Shown in pieces: positions 61,306 through 64,000 of a DNA stretch of 64,000 bases. Below the pieces are notes generated by a model, which was not told the origin of the DNA, made no database searches, and saw only the letters and a list, made by a program, of their open reading frames with translations. Position 1 is the first letter of the stretch. The number at the start of each line of letters is the position of its first letter. The DNA is from Phoronis australis (taxonomy: Eukaryota; Animalia; Phoronida). Both the position numbers and the translations under genes were made by a program. The stretch is taken from NCBI GenBank assembly GCA_002633005.1, contig NMRA01000784.1, positions 38,557 through 102,556 on the forward strand, given 5' to 3'.

Positions 61306-61941
61306 CAGTCAATGTTGAAGAACACTCAAACCAAACCAAGGCTGGTTTTGAAACTACCAAGTTAGAGCACTGGTGTCACATTATGAAAGCTGTTAGTTAA
61401 AATACCATGTCCCCAGTTCTGCAGACGTATTAACTCTGGTAATCGGTGACATCTGAAGCAACTGCTGACAATTAAATAAAAAGTACCTCTCAGGGCATGT
61501 TGACATCGATGCACCCCCTGCTGAGTGTCTCCATGGGGATGTGCCGAAACAAATCCCAACACAGGTCCCGTGCTCTCTGCACCAAACATTATAATATTTC
61601 TCAGGTATAATCAGTGCTTGTTGATGGTCACCAACAGAATCTCACGACATGGTTGTAAATGGAGTGCAATGCACACACCACAAGTCAGGAGTCTTTTCTG
61701 TTAGTAACTTGGTGAACTAGCATCATGTAACAAGCACTTTAACATGGTAACTCGCCTATGCAACTGTTATTAAATTGTCAGGTGCCCTCTATTCTGGTAG
61801 GTTCGGTTAAAAATCTGATATACATTCCACCTCTCTAACTCTGTCACCTTTGGGACTGTGATAAAAGCAATGACTGATCCAAACGATGACTCATGCACAT
61901 GTATGGGCAAGTAGTGGGGACTGAAGGACATGTTGGTACTA

Positions 61942-62076
61942 GTGCAGACTGGTGACTTGTGCAGACTGGTGACTTATGTTGACTGGGGACTTATGTTGAC
62001 TGGTGACTTGTATGCATACAGGCGACTTATGCAGACTGGGGACTTATGCAGAGTGGTGACTTGTGCAGACTGGTGA
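61942..62076. repeat. 16-17-bp minisatellite (tgcagactggtgactt(a/g))n ending at N
   Basis: Direct reading. Confidence 0.85.
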
Positions 62077-62757
62077 NGAATCTTCAACCTACTCGGGGCA
62101 TGTATTTAAGATGGCATTATTTCCACTGGGGATATTATAGCCTTGTATATAAGCTACAGCTGAAATTGTTGTTTTTTTTTTCTACAGTATGTTTTGTTAA
62201 CCGGTCATGTGGAAGTGAATTTCAAACTTTTGCCAATTGATAGCAAAGCTGCAGAAATACAGCTCTTCTTATTTTAAAATCATTCTGATCTTAATGCCTT
62301 TAAATTTGAAGACGTCTGAAAATGAGTTTCGTGCACTTATTGCAGATAATCTTTGCATTTGTGCTATTTCATTGGACTAAGCCCTCACATTATTTTTACA
62401 AAATGACTACAGTGTTCAGGTTGCCTTTAATTGGGGAAAGCGACACCATTATTCTTGTTACCTTAACTAAATCTACAGATCTCTGATTTTGTTGGAGAAT
62501 TATTTTTTATAAGTGATTGTTCCTCTGGTGTGTTTTTACTATTCATGGAAAAATAGAGTTTGAGATAGACAGTCCAGCAAAATGCTTGTATGTTCTACAT
62601 CTGCATCCTTCGGCAAACACGAGTGACCACTTGAATCCAGGCAGACACATTGTGTTTGCTGACTGGTTTTGTTTGAATTTTTTTAATAGGACGTTCGAAA
62701 CAGTTTCAGTTTCTCATTGTTATGAATCGTATCTCATTGGATGTTCTGGTGTTGTAG

Positions 62758-63822
62758 CTGTATGAAGAAGCTGAGCATCTGTCTGTGCAGTCCTTTGGAG
62801 AAATCTCCATCCTCGGCGCTCGTAATGCCATCAACACAGGTACGTGGACAGGTTTAGGGATAGCACCATTTCCGCCTTCTAGTGTCCCATGGACATGACT
62901 AGAATTTTCTGGTTGGCTGTATCTACATCAGAAAGTTTGTTAAAGATAGTTTCAATATGCCTTATTTGTAGTCCTTGGACACTGTCAATTGTCACATCCT
63001 GATTCCAACTCTCCTCTTTTCAAAGGTACAAAAATGCATTGTATGATGATTGACCTACTAGTTTTTGATGGTTAAACCACTGATATGCCTCAGAACTGAG
63101 CTGTCAAATTTGTTGATGATTTGGCGAGGCAACAGATCTTTGTCGGACGTTAAAAGTAGTTGAGACTCTGCTTCAAAATTTTCTGATCGTGTGTGAATTT
63201 TCAATGTTCAATCAAAGTACGCCATGAAGTTGGTCAAATTGAGTCACAAGTTTCATCCCGGCTCTCTGTTGATGCCAGATCAGAATTTCTTTGAATTTGT
63301 CTGAAATTTATTATGGCATTTCAAATCAACTTTTTACTGAGTTCTCTAAATTAAGGTTTAGACCTTTGGTTAGATTCTGATTTTCTTTGTAATTCCTGAC
63401 ATCAGTTTGAGAAAGCTTAGCCTATTTTACTGAGATGCCGCATTCATTGGTTGGTATTGGTGTTAAACTTGTGCCTGCAGTTTTTTAATTTTAGACTATT
63501 TTATTGACTGTCTTTTTAGATACAAGTTTACGCTGTCTCGCAAAGACTGTGCTTGACTTAATATTTGTCTATTTTAGCAAAATCAAACTATATTCAAAAA
63601 AGTTACATGAATTTTTACGGTTTGACCTCTTCAGGCATCTACTATGAAGAAAACCGCAATTTCCAGAAAGCATTTGAGTACTTCAAGAAGCACGCGGACT
63701 TGACAGTCCAACTGTATGGAGACGATCACATTAAAGCCCAGCGAGGCAAGGCTATCCTGCAGGAGCCTATGTATAAGAGGTTTCTACAACAATACAATGC
63801 GGCCAACGGGATCGCTTCGTAA
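62758..63822 (+). CDS. Duplicate copy of the last two exons of the STAND-TPR gene (probable alternate haplotype)
   Basis: 62758-62839 and 63635-63822 encode the same peptide as 59627-59708 and 60513-60700. They lie in block 62078-64000, which repeats 58954-60878 right after the N at 62077. Confidence 0.8.
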
Positions 63823-64000
63823 TTACAGTTTGCTCACAAAACAAACAGCAAACTGGTTGTCAGAGAAATTGTGGATACATTTTGGTTACATTTTAGCAAT
63901 AACCAGTTTTAATTTTGGCTAGAGTTTGTTACAGATATTTTGCTCATCTGCCTTCATAGTGGTTATTGACGGCAATGTCAAATTAATTTCTGACAACCGT

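Larger units (their letters stand above)
58954..64000. repeat. Near-duplicate 58954-60878 / 62078-64000 starting at N (62077)
   Basis: Collinear; intronic SNPs and indels, exons encode identical peptides. Confidence 0.92.

Overview
Eukaryotic (animal, most likely a heterozygous marine invertebrate; AT-rich, GT-AG introns) genomic DNA, not prokaryotic. Splicing by hand gives three multi-exon genes. (1) An NSMF/NELF (Jacob)-like gene on the minus strand (about 12784 to 730, running off the window start), built from small exons that the ORF track mostly misses. (2) A complete 6-exon SAPCD2-like gene on the minus strand (29062 to 20562, about 446 aa). (3) A complete 22-coding-exon plus-strand gene (39758-60700, about 1091 aa) for an N-acylated (MGCGAS) DUF4062-NACHT/STAND-winged helix-TPR protein of the TEP1/NPHP3/TTC41-like group. 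A 301-aa orphan ORF sits in the first NSMF intron on the same strand. Also present: a decayed CR1/L2-group LINE, several MITE/foldback families with readable target-site duplications, and mini/microsatellites. Six tandem near-duplications abut single Ns or a 998-N gap and look like unmerged haplotypes. One of them covers the P-loop exons of the STAND gene and carries 5 amino-acid changes plus a nonsense codon. Family assignments come from motif recognition and recalled sequences, not from database searches.
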